NCBI GenBank assembly: GCA_964016885.1
Contig: OZ024743.1
Coordinates: 135,780,001-135,844,000, forward strand
Source: Eledone cirrhosa
Taxonomy: Eukaryota
DNA length: 64,000 nt
Reading direction: 5' to 3'
Positions within the stretch are counted from its first letter, which is position 1; each line of letters starts with the position of its first letter. Shown here one piece after another: positions 61,190 to 64,000 of the stretch. Below the pieces are notes generated by a model. That model did no database searches and was not told the DNA's origin. It saw only the letters and a list, made by a program, of their open reading frames with translations. Made by a program: the position numbers and the translations under genes.

Positions 61190-64000
61190 TGGTGTTTGGT
61201 GCTTGCTGCTGGCTGCTTGGTGTTTGATGCATGGTGATTGGTGCTTGGTGTTTGGTGCTTGGTGCTTGGTGTTTGGTGCTTGGTGCTTGGTGTTTGGTGC
61301 TTGGTGTTTGGTGCTTGGTGTTTGGTGCTTGGTGCTTGGTGCTTGGTGCTTGGTGTTTGGTGGTTGGTGCTTGGTGCTTGGTGTTAGGTGTTTGGTGCTT
61401 GGTGCTTGGTGTTTGGTGTTTGGTGCTTGGTGTTTGGTGTTTGGTGCTTGGTGTTTGGTGCTTGGTACTTGGTGCTTGGTGCTTGGTGTTAGGTGTTTGG
61501 TGCTTGGTGCTTGGTGTCTGGTTTTTGGTGCTTGGTGCTTGGTGTTTGGTGTTTGGTGCTTGCTGCTGGCTGCTTGGTGTTTGGTGCTTGGTGATTGGTG
61601 CTTGGTGTTTGGTGTTTGGTGTTTGGTGTTTGGTGCTTGGTGATTGGTGTTTGTACTTGGTGCTTGGTGCTTGGTTCTTGGTGTTTGGTGCTTGGTGCTT
61701 GGTGTTTGGTGTTATATGCTTGGTGTTTGATGTTTGGTGCTTGGTGCTTGGTGCTTGGTGTTTGGTGTTTGGTGTTTGATGCTTGGTGCTTGGTGTTTGG
61801 TGCTTGGTGCTTGGTGTTTGTACTTGGTGCTTGGTGCTTGGTGCTTGGTGTTTGGTGCTTGGTGCTTGGTGCTTGGTCCTTGGTGCTTGGTGTTTGGTGG
61901 TTGGTGTTTGGTGCTTGGTGTTAGGTGTTTGGTGCTTGGTGCTTGGTGTTTGGTGTTTGGTGCTTGGTGTTTGGTGTTTGGTGCTTGGTATTTGGTGCTT
62001 GGTACTTGGTGCTTGGTGCTTGGTGTTAGGTGTTTGGTGCTTGGTGTTTGGTGCTTGGTGTTTGGTGCTTGGTGCTTGGTGCTTGGTGCTTGGTGTTTGG
62101 TGGTTGGTGTTTGGTGCTTGGTGTTTGGTGCTTGGTGTTAGGTGCTTGGTGATTGGTGCTTGGTGTTTGGTGTTTGGTGCTTGGTGTTTGGTGTTTGGTG
62201 CTTGGTGTTTGGTGCTTTTTGCTTGGTGCTTGGTGCTTGGTGTTTGGTGCTGGGTGCTTGGTGCTTGGTGTTTGGTGTTATATGCTTGGTGTTTGATGCT
62301 TGGTGCTTGGTGCTTGGTGTTTGGTGTTTGGTGCTTGGTGTTTGATGCTTGGTGCTTGGTGCTTGGTGTTTGGTGCTTGGTGCTTGGTGTTTGGTGCTTG
62401 GTGCTTGGTGTTTGGTGCTTGGTGTTTGGTGCTTGGTGTTTGGTGCTTGGTGCTTGGTGCTTGGGGCTTGGTGTTTGGTGGTTGGTGCTTGGTGCTTGGT
62501 GTTAGGTGTTTGGTGCTTGGTGCTTGGTGTCTGGTTTTTGGTGCTTGGTGCTTGGTGTTTGGTGCTTGTTGCTGGCTGCTTGGTGTTTGGTGCTTGGTGA
62601 TTGGTGCTTGGTGTTTGGTGCTTGGTGTTTGGTGTTTGGTGCTTGGTGTTTGTACTTGGTGTTTGGTGCTTGGTGTTTGGTGCTAGGTGCTTGGTGTTTG
62701 GTGCTTGGTGCTTGGTGTTTGGTGCCTGGGGCTTGGTGTTTGGTGTTTGGTGTTTGGTGCTTGGTGCTTGGTGTTTGGTGTTTGCTGTTTGCTGTTTGGT
62801 GTTTGTTGTTTGGTGTTTGTTGTTTGGTGTTTGCTGTTTGGTGTTTGGTGTTTGCTTTTTGGTGTTTGGTGTTTGATGTATGTTGTTTGCTGTTTGGTGT
62901 TTGGTGTTTGGTGTTTGGTGCTTGGTGCTTGGTGTTTGGTGCTTGGTGTTTGGTGCTTGGTGCTTGGTGCTTGGTGCTTGGTGTTTGGTGTTTGCTGCTT
63001 GGTGTTTGATGCTTGGTGCTTGGTGCTTGGTGTTTTGTGTTTGGTGCTTGGTGCTTGGTGTTTGGTGTTTGGTGCTTGGTGCTTGGTGCTTGGTGTTCTG
63101 TGTTTGGTGCTTGGTGCTTGGTGTTTGGTGCTTGGTGCTGGGTGGTTGGTGTTTGGTGCTTGGTGTTTGGTGCTGGGTGCTTGGTGTTTGGTGCTGGGTG
63201 CTTGGTGTTTGGTGCTTGGTGCTTGGTGTTTGGTGCTTGGTGCTGGGTGGTTGGTGTTTGGTGCTTGGTGTTTGGTGCTGGGTGCTTGGTGTTTGGTGCT
63301 GGGTGCTTGGTGTTTGGTGCTTGGTGCTTGGTCTTTGGTGCTTGGTGTTTGGTGCTTGGTGCTTGGTGCTTGGTGTTTGGTGCTTGGTGCTTGGTGTTTG
63401 GTGCTTGGTGCTTGGGGTTTGGTTTTTGGTGCTTGGTGCTTGGTGTTTGGTGTTTGGTGCTTGCTGCTGGCTGCTTGGTGTTTGATGCATGGTGATTGGT
63501 GCTTGGTGTTTGGTGCCTGGTGTTTGGTGTTTGATGCTTGGTGCTTGGTGCTTGGTGTTTGGTGCTTGGTGCTTGGTGTTTGGTGCTTGGTGCTTGGTGT
63601 TTGTTGCTTGGTGTTTGGTGCTTGGTGTTTGGTGCTTGGTGCTTGGTGCTTGGTGCTTGGTGTTTGGTGGTTGGTGCTTGGTGCTTGGTGTTAGGTGTTT
63701 GGTGCTTGGTGCTTGGTGTTTGGTGTTTGGTGCTTGGTGTTTGGTGTTTGGTGCTTGGTGTTTGGTGCTTGGTACTTGGTGCTTGGTGCTTGGTGTTAGG
63801 TGTTTGGTGCTTGGTGCTTGGTGTCTGGTTTTTGGTGCTTGGTGCTTGGTGTTTGGTGTTTGGTGCTTGCTGCTGGCTGCTTGGTGTTTGGTGCTTGGTG
63901 ATTGGTGCTTGGTGTTTGGTGCTTGGTGTTTGGTGTTTGGTGCTTGGTGTTTGGTGCTTGGTACTTGGTGCTTGGTGCTTGGTGTTAGGTGTTTGGTGCT
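61190..64000. repeat. Return to family A higher-order unit (homologous to the first ~10 kb of the window)
   Basis: Offset 60707 for ORF pairs 1435/62142, 1593/62300, 1642/62349, 1799/62506, 1894/62601. Shared variants CTTGTTGCTGG, GATGTAT and GGTATTT-GGTGCTT-GGTACTT. Confidence 0.85.

Larger units (their letters stand above)
1..64000. repeat. Heptamer satellite array, consensus GGTGYTT (main monomers GGTGCTT and GGTGTTT), about 9,100 monomers, open at both window edges
   Basis: Every line reads as GGTGCTT/GGTGTTT or a 1-2 nt variant (GGTGTTA, GATGCTT, GGTACTT, GCTGTTT, GGTGCTG, GGTTTTT, GGTCCTT, GGTGGTT). No unique sequence and no inverted segment seen. Copy number is 64000/7. Confidence 0.99.

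Noticed and set aside
323-63500. CRISPR-like arrangement of recurring landmark cassettes
   Set aside because: Intervening DNA is the same satellite rather than unique spacers, spacing is irregular and far too long, and there are no cas genes.
2-63694. Hundreds of + strand ORFs (up to 633 aa) of WCLVLGA/WCLVFGV heptads resembling membrane proteins
   Set aside because: Because 7 is coprime to 3, all frames give the same peptide. Stops come only from sporadic variants, there is no codon-position bias, starts are mostly TTG/GTG within the repeat, and no unique domain is present.
1-64000. Telomerase-synthesised telomere tract
   Set aside because: There is no GGG core in the consensus, and kb-scale copying of rare variants indicates recombination or replication-based amplification rather than templated addition. 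A subtelomeric location is not excluded.
1-64000. Bacterial heptamer repeats (cyanobacterial STRR type)
   Set aside because: Those are short intergenic tracts with different consensus sequences; 64 kb with no gene does not fit.
1-64000. Whole window as a sequencing or polymerase-slippage artefact
   Set aside because: Rare variants are reproduced faithfully in nested, diverged copies with consistent phase arithmetic, which random error would not produce. Individual copy numbers could still be misassembled.

Overview
All 64 kb of this window is one uninterrupted, head-to-tail, single-orientation 7-bp satellite array. The consensus is GGTG(C/T)TT on the + strand and AA(G/A)CACC on the - strand. 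The + strand is almost entirely G and T with very little A, and CpG is nearly absent. I see no credible gene, RNA gene, mobile element or CRISPR array; the ORF track is a by-product of translating a stop-free heptamer (WCLVLGA/WCLVFGV on +, STKHQAP/NTKHQTP on -). The real information is in the order of variant monomers. Rare variants act as landmarks and reveal nested higher-order duplications of 28, 56, 182, 188, 203 and 210 bp, and of about 1.8, 2.5-3.5, 4.1, 4.9-5.0, 5.8, 6.15 and 8.3 kb. They also show near-perfect conservation of the 7-bp phase (broken mainly by one recurrent 6-bp monomer, GTACTT), template-switch-like mosaic junctions, and a roughly symmetric layering in which the window end returns to the variant family at its start. 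This fits eukaryotic centromeric, pericentromeric or subtelomeric satellite DNA, but organism and function cannot be determined from the sequence. Offsets were derived by hand from landmark positions and ORF-track coordinates, so block boundaries are approximate (tens of bp).
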